NCBI GenBank assembly: GCA_010909165.1
Contig: MU008151.1
Coordinates: 372,001 to 436,000 of the forward strand
Reading direction: 5' to 3'
Length of the DNA: 64,000 nt
Source: Anthoceros angustus
Lineage: Eukaryota > Plantae > Anthocerotophyta
Below the pieces are notes generated by a model that searched no databases, was not told the origin of the DNA, and was given only the letters and a program-made list of their open reading frames with translations. A program made the translations under genes and the position numbers. Below are positions 13,657-27,429 of this stretch, piece by piece; within the stretch, counting starts at the first letter, position 1, and each line of letters opens with the position of its first letter.

Positions 13657-14553
13657 GCTCGAATCCCCTTCAGGCAGAAGTCCTCCACCACCGTCTTCTG
13701 CCACTCACTACCTTCTCCCCGAGGATCCTCCAGCAGGGTCTTCAAGAGATCACAACACAACTTCAAGATCCCGAAAACCTTCAACGCATGCCCCACACAG
13801 CCCCATTCTCACCATTACACATACCCCATAACTCTGCGATCCCCTGCTCGGACCCCTCTCCTCCACCCTCGAACATGGAGCAATGAACAGAACTGCACAT
13901 GTAGCTCCAGCTGCACACCCAACCACCTTAGCACACAGGGCGACGCCGGCTCCTCACCTGCAACCACACGATCTAAGAATTCCAACCGCATTGCCTTCGG
14001 AAGGTCCTGGAAGCACAAGCAGCACAAGAGCAGAGATTGCATTAGGGCACAGGCATTTGAAAACGAAGACGATTCTAATGCCGCAGAATTGACTCTGAAG
14101 CTCAAGAACTTTCCCACGCATACCCGAAGTGCGGAGCACAGCACAGCCGTGCCATTTCCAGTGCAGGGAAAGCGAATTTCGAGAAACCTTGAGGGGCAGG
14201 AGACGCCGCCACGAAGCTCCCCGAGGAGCAGCAGGCTGAAGACGTGATTCCATCGTGATTTTCGTGGTAAGGCTGCATCCCTCAAGCGGGTGGCAGGCCT
14301 AGGCAGAGTCCAGCGCTCTGATTCGCACGACTCCATGGCGGCCACGGCACCAGTACCGGATCGTTAGGCCCATGGGTGAAGGCCTCGATGACTCCATACT
14401 TGGCGACAACGTTGAGAGAAGTCGACGAATAAAGAAAGAAATTTTCACATCCCAAAACATGGTTTGAAAGTCCCCTCCAAGCTGCACTCACATAGCGCAT
14501 GCACTATGCATATTGGCTCTTAGAGAGCAGTGTTCTCATCCTGCTTCCTTCGC

Positions 14554-14711
14554 TGTGCATACATTGCACCATGTACAAAACAGATCCTACCATGAGGAGG
14601 GTCTTAGCTGTGTAAGTAAGGCTAGCTCTTCTTGTGCATACATTGCACCATGTACAAAACAGATCCTACCATGAGGAGGGTCTTAGCTATGTAAGTAAGG
14701 CTAGCTTTTCT
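14554..14711. repeat. 79-bp tandem duplication
   Basis: tgtgcatacattgcaccatgtac...gctagct starts at 14554 and at 14633. Confidence 0.93.
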
Positions 14712-15861
14712 TTTAGCTCCCGACGGAACTAGCTAGTATAAAGAAGAAACATCTTGGCATCCAAAGGCTTTGAGATATGGACCTACTTTGGATGACATAA
14801 TCAGCAATGAAGATGAAATGTGAATTCTTTTTCTGTCTCTTCCTCGTCTAAAATTGTTGAGCCATCTTGAGTCAAGTATCTAAGATGGTTGCACCCCTTT
14901 AGAGCAAAGTACCAAGCATATGATAGATAGTATCGGTAACCCTACGATCCACTACTATCTATGTACCTTAATTCCGATTTGGTGAAGGGGCAAACATCTT
15001 AAACAAGGGATTATTTAAGATTCATAATGCATGAAGTGGCTTTGAACATCCATAGAGCAATGTTGGCAACGAAAAACATGAAGATCACAAGAAAGCCAAT
15101 TTTGAAAGAGATCTTGCTCACATAACTTACTCTTACAGCCAGATATTATCCCATCTACTGCAAAGGAACATCATACACAATCTAGAAAGATACAAGGAAG
15201 ATACAGGATGAGGATTAAGGCACGACCTGAACACTTACTCTTTGAAATCCATGAACTCAAGAGTGTATTGCTCAAGTCCCACACATGCTCCTTGTAATCC
15301 ATGAACTCAAGCTTTCTTGCTTATGCCCCACATCTACGAAATTTTCACACAGACGCTTGCATCCATATGAAAGCACAATGCACAGGTCAAATTTAAAAGA
15401 CATAAAATAATAAAATAAATTTAATATAAATTAATGTACTATCTTTAAAAGCAAAGAAGGGACACTGATTTAAGTTTTAAGGAACTTTCAGTCATTCAAA
15501 TTAGGGATATCCTTTAAAATTAGTACCTACTAGGTGATAAACACGAAAACGACGGCGAGAACATTTCACATCCTGGCCCATGGTAGCCTCCGTGCCCTTA
15601 GCCTATGCCAGCCTCCTGGACCGGCCCAGATATGGGCTGACCCGGTGCCATGCTGGACTGAGATTGAATTGTGGCCATACGGGCATGACGCGGTGCCGTG
15701 GGGGCCTGCACTGGGGCTAAATTCGCTAGCACTGCAAATCCTGCTGCATGGCATCCTGAAGCTGGGCTTATTTAGGGCAAGATTTTCGACCTTTAGGGCT
15801 TCGCACTACGTCTGACATAAAGCCAGCCAGCCAGCCAGCCAGCCAGGACGTTGTGGAGCAG

Positions 15862-18800
15862 TGTTAGGTTTAGGGTCTCCAGTGAGACCGTGGGAGCCAT
15901 AAGCCTCCACTGCGTAAAGTCTGTAGTTGTGTTTGTTGTGTTGAGTCGGCTGTGTTTGCTTTTTGGCTAGTCCTCCCATTCGCTCGACTGATGCTTCCAA
16001 AGGTCTTGGAGACGGCGCGGCATCACGTGATGAACTTCTGTGGTAGGATTCCAGTGGTTTCTTGTGGTCCGTTGCTGCTGCGATGCCCTGTCTGTCGTTT
16101 AGTCTGCTGTGATGACCTTTATAATCCCAGCTCGCTTCGAGGTCTTTCGAGATTACTGAAGAGAATCAGATCTGAGCAGGCCCGACTCTTGGTTGCTTTC
16201 GTGCTGTTTTTCTGTATGTCCACCACATCTGCTTTGCTGCTAAGGTGTCGTTGGACGAAAGGTTGGGATGAAGACAACTTGCTGTGCCTGCGCTTGGTCG
16301 TTATGGCAAGCTTCCTATGATTACAGTTACCATGCTAATGCTGAACCTGTGATGATACTGGCCTACGGCTATGAGGAAGCTATGCACGTGTTGGGCCTTG
16401 GGTCTTAGGTTCTGTTCCAGCTTTGAAGGTAATCTTCTTGGTGTCTTTCTCATGTCTCCGTGGTTTCAAGCCGTTTGTGTCTTGATGGTTGTCCCGAGAG
16501 CTTCGGGGAATGACCTCCGTAAGTGGAGGCAGCCAGAAGTTACCCTCCCCCCTGGCGTTCCTTTGTTTGCTGCATCTGGTTGTTTGCAGCTTCTAGTCTG
16601 TTTACTGCACCCGCTTGTTAGACTCGTGGGGGGTGGTGTGCTTCGGTAAATGCCTCTCGGTCACGTTTCCTCATCGACAGCCCTGTCTCGACGCTACGGC
16701 TCCATATTCATAATGTCGTGCACTTTGTTGAGTATGATCTTTTTTTTCATTTCGGTGGAATAAAGAGCGTTAAGAAAACCTGGTTCGGTCGTGGTACCTG
16801 GGATGGAACGAGCCATCCATAGGGTTCAACTTTCGACCTCACAGCTCCGCGCGACGAGTGTACGATTCTCGAGCCGGCTTTATTTCGCGATTCTGTTCCA
16901 CTACAAAAAAGAAAGAAAAGCATATGCATGTTGCCTACGATGCATCTAGCACATGGTCTCAACTCCAATACACCGCTGTTTGAGAGACTCAGAGCAAACA
17001 TTACATACTAGTAACCCCACCGAAGTCATAATCTGGTCATTTAGATCGTTGGAACCTATGTTAAACACGTATGGGAAAGTACGGTGTTACACACGTGTGG
17101 AAGGTCACCGCGTGCAAACGTAGGTGAGTAACACGTGAGCGTTGTGTAAGAGATGCCAGGGCGCAGCCCTCCGAGCTTTCAGGCTCGTGGATTGGTCTGT
17201 TTCTAGAAGCTGCTCGTTTCTCCTCGAAGTAGCTTCTAGGAACAGATCAGGTCTGGCAAGGCTTGTCCGTCACCCCCATCTTTTGGGTGCATATCCATGT
17301 GCTAGATCCCGTGGATCTGTAAGAAATCGTGTAAAGCCCCACGGTATGTAGCACCTGTCTGTACTCGGTAACGGGTTGCACAGCTTGTTAGGTTTAGGGT
17401 CTCCAGTGAGACCGTGGGAGCCATAAGCCTCCACTGCGTAAAGTCTGTAGTTGTGTTTGTTGTGTTGAGTCGGCTGTGTTTGCTTTTTGGCTAGTCCTCC
17501 CATTCGCTCGACTGATGCTTCCAAAGGTCTTGGAGACGGCGCGGCATCACGTGATGAACTTCTGTGGTAGGATTCCAGTGGTTTCTTGTGGTCCGTTGCT
17601 GCTGCGATGCCCTGTCTGTCGTTTAGTCTGCTGTGATGACCTTTATAATCCCAGCTCGCTTCGAGGTCTTTCGAGATTACTGAAGAGAATCAGATCTGAG
17701 CAGGCCCGACTCTTGGTTGCTTTCGTGCTGTTTTTCTGTATGTCCACCACATCTGCTTTGCTGCTAAGGTGTCGTTGGACGAAAGGTTGGGATGAAGACA
17801 ACTTGCTGTGCCTGCGCTTGGTCGTTATGGCAAGCTTCCTATGATTACAGTTACCATGCTAATGCTGAACCTGTGATGATACTGGCCTACGGCTATGAGG
17901 AAGCTATGCACGTGTTGGGCCTTGGGTCTTAGGTTCTGTTCCAGCTTTGAAGGTAATCTTCTTGGTGTCTTTCTCATGTCTCCGTGGTTTCAAGCCGTTT
18001 GTGTCTTGATGGTTGTCCCGAGAGCTTCGGGGAATGACCTCCGTAAGTGGAGGCAGCCAGAAGTTACCCTCCCCCCTGGCGTTCCTTTGTTTGCTGCATC
18101 TGGTTGTTTGCAGCTTCTAGTCTGTTTACTGCACCCGCTTGTTAGACTCGTGGGGGGTGGTGTGCTTCGGTAAATGCCTCTCGGTCACGTTTCCTCATCG
18201 ACAGCCCTGTCTCGACGCTACGGCTCCATATTCATAATGTCGTGCACTTTGTTGAGTATGATCTTTTTTTTCATTTCGGTGGAATAAAGAGCGTTAAGAA
18301 AACCTGGTTCGGTCGTGGTACCTGGGATGGAACGAGCCATCCATAGGGTTCAACTTTCGACCTCACAGCTCCGCGCGACGAGTGTACGATTCTCGAGCCG
18401 GCTTTATTTCGCGATTCTGTTCCACTACAAAAAAGAAAGAAAAGCATATGCATGTTGCCTACGATGCATCTAGCACATGGTCTCAACTCCAATACACCGC
18501 TGTTTGAGAGACTCAGAGCAAACATTACATACTAGTAACCCCACCGAAGTCATAATCTGGTCATTTAGATCGTTGGAACCTATGTTAAACACGTATGGGA
18601 AAGTACGGTGTTACACACGTGTGGAAGGTCACCGCGTGCAAACGTAGGTGAGTAACACGTGAGCGTTGTGTAAGAGATGCCAGGGCGCAGCCCTCCGAGC
18701 TTTCAGGCTCGTGGATTGGTCTGTTTCTAGAAGCTGCTCGTTTCTCCTCGAAGTAGCTTCTAGGAACAGATCAGGTCTGGCAAGGCTTGTCCGTCACCCC

Positions 18801-18909
18801 CATCTTTTGGGTGCATATCCATGTGCTAGATCCCGTGGATCTGTAAGAAATCGTGTAAAGCCCCACGGTATGTAGCACCTGTCTGTACTCGGTAACGGGT
18901 TGCACAGCT
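15862..18909. repeat. 1524-bp direct tandem duplication (15862-17385, 17386-18909)
   Basis: The unit runs tgttaggtttagggtctcc...ttgcacagct. ORF-track translations repeat identically with an offset of 1524. Confidence 0.97.
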
Positions 18910-20873
18910 CTACTGGCAAGTCTCAGTGAGTAGTCCAAATTGGGCAGCCATCTTGAGAATGGTGGCTTTGACGTCCTCCTCCTTCATCTCACCCTCTTTC
19001 ATCTGCCAAGGCAACATGAGAAGGCCTATGAGCTCCGGGGGCTAACACAAAGCAAGCACCAAGCTTCTAGGTAAACCAGTGGTGAAGCGGTAACTTTACC
19101 TCAGCTATGAATGTGTTCAGGACATTCTTGTTGAAGCAGGTGAGGTTTGCGTTCAGCACATCGAGACCCGAAGCTTCGAGTGTTTGCATAAGTTGCACTA
19201 GCACACCGGGGCCTTGCTTGCAGAATATTCTTAGCTGAAAGGCTCCTACATCAACCCGGGAAATCTCCACCTGCAAAAAGACATCATTCGTCGAGGGGCT
19301 GAAGATAAAACATGCTCAGTCCAGCATGTGGATGGACAGCTGAATCTTGTACTTCACAGATAACTTACTTGGAGCAATGACTGCTGAGGCAGATTGCTGC
19401 CGGCTTGGCTGCCCAAGGAGACCATGCCATCCTCAATTTGAGATATAGCAGAGTCCTCTGTGCCGTCACACACTTTCCCTGCAGGGTAAGGAGCGCAGCT
19501 GCTTTTGATCTTCTGGCTGTCTGCTTCTATTTCTGAGATGTCAGACTGGAGACTCTCAACCTGCTGTTGAAGCTCTCGCACATATTCTATGGCATCCCCC
19601 ACAATCGAAGCTTTATCCATCTGCGCCATTACGGAGACGTAAGTCTTAAGAGAAAAACCTTCGTATCTGAATCACCCGTAAAAAGTAGTTTACGCAATGC
19701 TGGTAATGGCAGACTCACTTTGCTGATTTTGGGCACCAGAGCACGCAAAGCGTACAGGCCATCATTTAGCCGCTTGCGCCGTTTTCTCTCCGAAACCAGA
19801 TTCTTGGATGCTGTTCCAGAGGTATACTGCCTCCTGCGACCTCTGCTGGCTGCCATGACTGTGGGTTTCACATCCATGTCGTCTTGATCACTGCAATCCG
19901 TCCCTGAGTCTCCGGCGGCTAAAGTCTCCTCCGTTTCGGCTACGGCTTGCTGGATGTCACCCGCGACCCCTGAAAGATAGGCATCCTTGGTGAGGAAATC
20001 TCCCTCTTTGGAAGTCTCAAGCTTGGGCGCTATCTTCTGCAGCTCCTTGATGCAGCTGGGAGCGTTGAAACATGGCTTCCCTCTCAGTAAGAGATCGTCG
20101 ACGTCGGATTGGAGTGAGTCGTTTCCCGCGAAAGATTGGGTTCCACTCTGGGACAGGTTTCCCTTGGATTGCCGACTGTGATTGCTCAAGGAGTCAGAGT
20201 AGTCGATGCTACCGTCCCGTGATGCAGGAGAAGACAGATCCTGAAGCAAGGACCTGGTCCAGTACGCACCACCGCTTGGGGCTCCAGGACCAGCACATAT
20301 GGCTCCCAGCGATAGACTAGAGATGCCTGACAAGGGAGAGGAATTTGGAGTGGACATGGAACTCAGTGCAGACATCCAGGGCACCCCCGAGTTGCCTCGG
20401 CTGCCCACTTGCAGGCAATGGGCCAAACTCGGAGACTGCCCCACCCCATCCATAATTCCCTCCGTCTTGCCTACAGCCCCCTGGCCGTCAACCTGCGGCC
20501 TCCCCTCAAACACTTGAGTCTGTAATGCGGTGTGGCCTCCGCGATGTGGGTACTTCCCATGCAGCAACTCCTGCACAGAGCCTGAAGACTGCTCAAAGCC
20601 GTCGGAGCCGGCGAATGTCTCCACCGGGGCTGAATTCAGCAGCCCGGTGACTTGTCCAGAAGCATGATGCGCTGCAGCATGAGCTGGAGTGGTACCGCCA
20701 CCGGTGCTGCAAGGGTCAGTCATCGAATGCAGCTGATTGTAATGACCCAAAGCCTCAATAATCTTGCCACAAGTGGCCGAGATGCTGAGCCTTGCGTCAT
20801 AGCTTGCTGCTCCGTGGTGATCGGGGACCTTGAGCCGATGGTGATTCAGGAGGAAAGGTGAGCGATCATGCAT
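18910..20873 (-). CDS. bHLH transcription factor, subfamily III (AMS/FIT/ICE1-related), with C-terminal ACT-like domain
   Basis: Exons 20873-19719, 19620-19369, 19270-19100 and 19002-18910 all join in phase 0 through GT-AG introns. Peptides: KNLVSERKRRKRLNDGLYALRALVPKISK|MDKASIVGDAIEYVRELQ and FQLRIFCKQGPGVLVQLMQTLEASGLDVLNAN. TAG stop at 18912-18910. Confidence 0.93.
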
Positions 20874-20875
20874 CT

Positions 20876-23783
20876 GTTGGCAGAGACACAAGCGTGCACA
20901 TGGTGTTAGAAGCTACATACGGGTGCACAAAGAGCGGTAATAAAGCGGTTACATCATCAGCAGCATTGTCACATGAAGCAAGCAGGTAAGCCAGCCCGCA
21001 GCTAACCTTACCAACAAATCTGCCTTGTGAAAAGCCGTTCAGGGATCAGTGAAAGGGACAACAAGGACAGGGGACTCGAGGAAGTGAAATTTTAAGCACG
21101 CGGTGGCCAAGCAGCTACTGACTGTCATCCTGTAGTACATACATGCTGCAGCCCAGGCAGAGTGAGAAGACTGTGTACAAACAGCATCCCAGCCAGCGAA
21201 CCGATCCCCTGTGCTGTCCTGACTGTGATGCCATGAGGATCTACAAAAGCTCAAGAAAGGCTGTACAGGCTGCAACATAGTTTACAATAAGGGAAGGTCC
21301 AGGCAGAAGGAAGGAAGTTGCAAAAAGAGCTCACAGTGGCAGACTCTTTCAAGTTCCTTTCACCTCCTGCCGCAGGACTGGTGTGAAAAGTCAGTTACAG
21401 GACCAAAAATGCTTGCAAGCAAGGAGGTGAGGAGTTCGCAAAGTTTCCAAGAGCCAATCCAGCAGCCACAAACCTCTGGGAAATGCCTCTATGAAAACAG
21501 CAAAATCGACACACAACAGAGTCCCAATACGGTACGCAACGTTGGACGGTGTCACCCGTGGTACTCAAATGCTGCATTTGTTGCGCCAGGACAGACAGAA
21601 GCAGCTGAGAAGAAAGGAGACGAACAGACTCGTGTACTGCACCATATAATGGCTGGTAATTGGACGTATTTCCTAAGCAGGAAGAGGAATCTTGGGAGGC
21701 TGGGAGCACTAGCGTAACAAGAGTCCAGAATTGGATTGCAGGACACTGGTTTCGCACATGCGGAGTCAATGCAGGTCAGGAATCTTAAGCCAATTCGACG
21801 GGCCCTGAAACTAGGCACTGCACTGCACTGCACTGCACTGAGAGAGCAGAATGAGAGAGCTAGCAAAGCATGCGTAGCGAGCGGGTCCCCCATTGCAACG
21901 GATTAAACAGACTGAGTGGCGGCCGTTCGCAGCAAAATTTTGCAACCGGGACGCGGCACGGCACGTCAAGATCTCGTCCGCTGGCTTGCCACAGATTTTT
22001 GTGTCACATGGCCACCTCCCAGCGACAAATTTCGGACGCGTACCTGCATTGCGTGCGTCATCTGGCCGAGCGGGGCACGCCGCTGCTGATGCAGATGCTG
22101 ACGCAAAGGTCAAGTCGCTACGCTGCTGCCGCCAATGGAGCTCCACGCCTGCGCCAATCCCACCCGCAGCCTCATCGCCGCAACCACGTGGTGCCTGACA
22201 TCGCCGGACCGCCTCCTCGCTCCTCGCCGCGGCGCCGGCCGCTGATTCTCGCCTACGCGCTTCATGGTAACCGATCTACATGCTTCTCCGATTGCCGCAT
22301 TCCCGCCTGCCGCGAACTCGGAGCGCAGGGTTGGCAGAGACACAAGCGTGCACATGGTGTTAGAAGCTACATACGGGTGCACAAAGAGCGGTAATAAAGC
22401 GGTTACATCATCAGCAGCATTGTCACATGAAGCAAGCAGGTAAGCCAGCCCGCAGCTAACCTTACCAACAAATCTGCCTTGTGAAAAGCCGTTCAGGGAT
22501 CAGTGAAAGGGACAACAAGGACAGGGGACTCGAGGAAGTGAAATTTTAAGCACGCGGTGGCCAAGCAGCTACTGACTGTCATCCTGTAGTACATACATGC
22601 TGCAGCCCAGGCAGAGTGAGAAGACTGTGTACAAACAGCATCCCAGCCAGCGAACCGATCCCCTGTGCTGTCCTGACTGTGATGCCATGAGGATCTACAA
22701 AAGCTCAAGAAAGGCTGTACAGGCTGCAACATAGTTTACAATAAGGGAAGGTCCAGGCAGAAGGAAGGAAGTTGCAAAAAGAGCTCACAGTGGCAGACTC
22801 TTTCAAGTTCCTTTCACCTCCTGCCGCAGGACTGGTGTGAAAAGTCAGTTACAGGACCAAAAATGCTTGCAAGCAAGGAGGTGAGGAGTTCGCAAAGTTT
22901 CCAAGAGCCAATCCAGCAGCCACAAACCTCTGGGAAATGCCTCTATGAAAACAGCAAAATCGACACACAACAGAGTCCCAATACGGTACGCAACGTTGGA
23001 CGGTGTCACCCGTGGTACTCAAATGCTGCATTTGTTGCGCCAGGACAGACAGAAGCAGCTGAGAAGAAAGGAGACGAACAGACTCGTGTACTGCACCATA
23101 TAATGGCTGGTAATTGGACGTATTTCCTAAGCAGGAAGAGGAATCTTGGGAGGCTGGGAGCACTAGCGTAACAAGAGTCCAGAATTGGATTGCAGGACAC
23201 TGGTTTCGCACATGCGGAGTCAATGCAGGTCAGGAATCTTAAGCCAATTCGACGGGCCCTGAAACTAGGCACTGCACTGCACTGCACTGCACTGAGAGAG
23301 CAGAATGAGAGAGCTAGCAAAGCATGCGTAGCGAGCGGGTCCCCCATTGCAACGGATTAAACAGACTGAGTGGCGGCCGTTCGCAGCAAAATTTTGCAAC
23401 CGGGACGCGGCACGGCACGTCAAGATCTCGTCCGCTGGCTTGCCACAGATTTTTGTGTCACATGGCCACCTCCCAGCGACAAATTTCGGACGCGTACCTG
23501 CATTGCGTGCGTCATCTGGCCGAGCGGGGCACGCCGCTGCTGATGCAGATGCTGACGCAAAGGTCAAGTCGCTACGCTGCTGCCGCCAATGGAGCTCCAC
23601 GCCTGCGCCAATCCCACCCGCAGCCTCATCGCCGCAACCACGTGGTGCCTGACATCGCCGGACCGCCTCCTCGCTCCTCGCCGCGGCGCCGGCCGCTGAT
23701 TCTCGCCTACGCGCTTCATGGTAACCGATCTACATGCTTCTCCGATTGCCGCATTCCCGCCTGCCGCGAACTCGGAGCGCAGG
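20876..23783. repeat. 1454-bp direct tandem duplication (20876-22329, 22330-23783) of the bHLH 5' region
   Basis: gttggcagagacacaagcg starts at 20876 and at 22330. ORF-track translations repeat with an offset of 1454. Confidence 0.97.
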
Positions 23784-25616
23784 GCAAATGACAGCGGCCG
23801 CTGCAAATGCGAATGGGGGCGGGAGCGGAGGAGGCGGCGGGGCGGGAGACGAGCGGGGAGAGGGGAGGGGAGAGGGGAGGCGGGGGCAGTGAAAGGAGAA
23901 GCTTCGGAGACGTGTAGCGAGCTCGGCAGCTGGAGTCGCGGAGCAGCAGACGCTCTTTTAAGGCACGTTCTGTCAGCACTCCCGCTAGAAGGTTGAAGCA
24001 CAGCCATTGTCCAGGGCGCGGGCAGGCCGAGTGCCGAGTGCCGAGTGACGAGTGCCGAGTCGTGACGGTGTCCGAGGATTGTGCAACTCCATCCAATGAT
24101 GATGCCGACGCCGCCCGCGCCGGGCCGGGCCGGGCCGGGCCCGTCACGACGTCCTCCTGCAAACGATAGTCGAATACGGCGTGAACGGAACGGGAGGTGT
24201 GGTGCGAGTGCAATCCTGTTAAACCATTTCTTACCTCACTTACCAGCGGGCCCCACCTGGACGACGAGCCCCCGGCCTGCCAACGCGCTTGCTTCATCAT
24301 TCGGGCAATAAATTCACCCCAGCTTTTCACTCCCAGTGAAACTCTCCACCGTTTACGACATGCGCATGTCGTTCCCCTGCCAAGCCCGTCAAGCGTGACA
24401 GCGGAATCAGAATCGGTCGGATTCCGCGATATAGAATCGCGCATCGCTAAAAGATGCGTGATTTTTCTCCTAAATAAACTGAATGGCAGGAAAAAACAAT
24501 TCACCCCGCGAATATTCACCTTCCATGCGTACGTACCGTATGTGGCAGCGCTTTATTTTGAGCCGTACGAGTTCGTGAAGGTGACGGTTTTGAGCTGCAG
24601 GCGTCTTGATGGCGCCGGGTACATCCACCTGCGTCACGCCTCCGTTCCGTCCGGATATGTAGTTTACATATTATTGTTTACGGCTGTTGTGAGGTTCCCA
24701 CTCTCTGAACTCTTTGAGATTCGACTGAAGACGGCCTCGGATTCCGCAGGTAAAAGCTCATCAAGCTCCGGTTCGACCCGAATGGGGCTTTTGAGGTCTG
24801 TCGCACACACGCGCTCCCAAGACCTTTTAAACAACCAACAGATGTGGTCAGGCGGCCTAGGTTTGTGTGCCTTCCGCAGATTGTTTCTCTAGATCGTTCG
24901 TCGAATAGTCAAGTCGGGTTTGCAAAAACCAAGAGACGGAGGCAGGAGGTCAAACCTTGCTTGTTTCCTCTTCGCCTTGCCTCGGAGAAGGGTAAAAGAC
25001 CAAGTCTCATTTGAGGATGTTTCTATGTAAGACCAAGTCTCGTTTGAGAATGTTTCTGTATAAGACCAAGTCTTGGCCTCTTCCACCAGAATAATAATCA
25101 CCATATGTTCTGCATTCTTGAACAGAGCCTGCAAACCAGACATCATCAGTGGAGTGGAATACAGAGAGATCCCGTCAGTGAGAACCAGTGGAGCGGGGAT
25201 AATCCGCACCAACTGGGCAGATAAAAGATCTTAGCACGCGGAGCATTCTCGTGATGTTGGAAAATGGTACACACTTACATTTGTACGTTTCTCATCAGCA
25301 GGCCCACAGGGAGTGCACAGTGCTTGCTCCTGGGAGACTGGGCTGACCATAAAGACACAAGAATTAGTCTAGTATATACAAATGGTTTGATCTGTGGCAC
25401 ATACTAGCTTGCTACAAATAGATGCTGCCAAGCTTACAGCGCAACAAAGGGCTGTGCACAAAGCTGCTTTAAATGAACTCGTGGAATGCCCAAGTTTTAG
25501 GACAAAACAAGGGATGTAGCACGAGGAAGGGCGTAGCAAAGATTACGACCTAGGGAAACCAAACTGAGAACAAAGATCAAGTCTGCAACAGGGGCGCAGC
25601 AGGAGACAAGCCAGCT

Positions 25617-27150
25617 TCAAGGACTCCAGTCCCCGAACTCGTCCACAAACATGTCGTCCACCATGAACATCTCATCAAATACATCACCATCTGAGTCCAG
25701 CTGCGACGCCATGCACCATTCCTCCAAGTCACTGAGCCAGATCTCGTCATAGCGATCATCGTAGCTTTCCCAAGGATCGTCCGCATCATCATCATCATCC
25801 AGATCATCCTCGTCATATACATCGCGATGGGTCTTGAAGAACCAGGTCTTGAGCTTCTTCACCTTCGCTTGTAGTTCCTCGTCCATGATCAGCTTGCCGC
25901 AATTGCGCACATCCAGGTACTGCAAGTCCTTGCAGGACTCCAGTATTGCCATCAATCCAATGTTCGAGAATTGTCCATATTTCAGCTCAAGGTGCTGCAG
26001 CTTGGACATGTTCTGTGCGATTGCAAGTGCCTCACTCTCGGGCAAAGATGACACCTGACTTCCCCGCATGCGCCTCCTCAGATCAACCAAATTGGCAGCC
26101 TTCTTGCCGATGTTCTCGAGCGCCACCTCCGACAGCACCTGACAGTGACTGATGTTCAGTTGCATGAGAGCTGGGAACTTGACTTCCTCGCCAAAGAAAC
26201 AGCAATCCGAAATGGGACTGTTCGGAATGAAGAGCTTCCTCAGATGTGCGCATCTGCACAGACGAACCACGCAAGTCATGACCAGAAGGCAAGATCCATC
26301 CCTACTCTGCCAGAAAGAGGCATCGCACATGCAATACCTCGGTTCTTAACCGCAGAATGCAACATGCAGACATATTTTTACCTTTGCCATCACAAGGCAA
26401 GCAATCCGAAACGGCTAACACAGATTTAACCAGAAAAGATCGGAGACCGAGCAAGGCCGAACATCCGAGCCTAATTAGGCTTACGACACACACAAGACTC
26501 GAAAGCGGACAGACAGCGCGTGAAAGAAGACCTTGTCGCAACATATCGAATGGAGTCGTCAGACCCGACGTTTGTGACGATGAGCTCCTGAAGACCGCCG
26601 CAGCTCCGATCAACCACCAGCCTCACCATGCGATCCACAGCACTCGTCTTATCCTTGTCCGTCTTGCTCCATTCCCTCTTACTCCACTCCTTCTTACTCC
26701 AGCTGGAAAGGTCCACGACCTAATGACGCCATGAAGCAAGGTGAAACGAGGGCAGGACTGCCAGACACAGGCCGGGAATCGCAGATCCCGCATTCCAAGA
26801 AAGTCATGCCAAGAATGACGAATCACCTGCCAGCACGAGGGATCCAGAGCAGCTCTCCTCCAAGACTTGCACACCAGTGGCACCACATTCATGAGCTCCT
26901 CGAACGACAGTCTGCTGAAGATGGCTGCCAGAGCTTCCGGCAGCATGTCTGCCCAGGCGCCGAAATCTTGAATCGGGGCTTCCTCATGCTTCCCATCGTC
27001 CGACGATCTTGCAGATCCCGACTCCGCTCCGTGTGAAGGGTCATCCGAATTTCTGTCTGTTCCGCTTCCCACAGGCGGCACCAGCTGCTCACCAGCCATG
27101 CCATCGGCCATGTCAGGCCACCAAACCCTCCTCGAGGCTCTCTCGGCCAT
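25617..27150 (-). CDS. F-box/LRR protein of FBW2/SKIP1/SKIP19 type with an acidic tail
   Basis: F-box WADMLPEALAAIFSRLSFEELMNVVPLVCKSWRRAALDPSCWQ, then VDRMVRLVVDRSCGGLQEL, LRR-like segments ALAIAQNMSKLQHLEL and GLMAILESCKDLQYLDVRNC, and a D/E-rich C-terminus. The start may alternatively be at 27111. Confidence 0.9.
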
Positions 27151-27429
27151 GAGCCACCGGCATAACTGCTTTAACACACAGCAACCCCGCAAGGTGACCG
27201 CACCATGCAGTATTGTACAGTGTCATTGTTACGCCCACCCAATTTAGGTCTGTATTGTATTGTTACCGTAGGAGGCTACGGTTTTGGGCGCCCCTTTGCC
27301 GAATCGTTTAGTTTTCTAAACGATGAAATTTCAACACCTAAAATATCTTCCATAATTTCAACAAGGTATTGTATCTTTCTTTAATTCGGCACTTTATAAA
27401 TAGTATTATTGTAAACACATCACTCTTAG

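Noticed and set aside
13815-14560. ORFs upstream of the MBD8-like gene (e.g. MRYVSAAWRGL, weakly F-box-like)
   Set aside because: The resemblance is limited to a few residues and no consistent exon chain could be built; it may be 5' leader or a relic.
15862-18909. The 1524-bp unit as a tandem solo LTR or Penelope-like element (TG start, near-terminal CA, a TTTAGGG motif at its start)
   Set aside because: No TSD, PBS or reverse-transcriptase ORF was found, and the unit abuts the bHLH stop codon, so it is better explained as duplicated 3' flank.
24889-25212. Minus-strand ORF with 11-aa ETWSY repeats (33-bp repeat at about 24996-25075)
   Set aside because: No recognisable domain; the repeat itself can keep the frame open.
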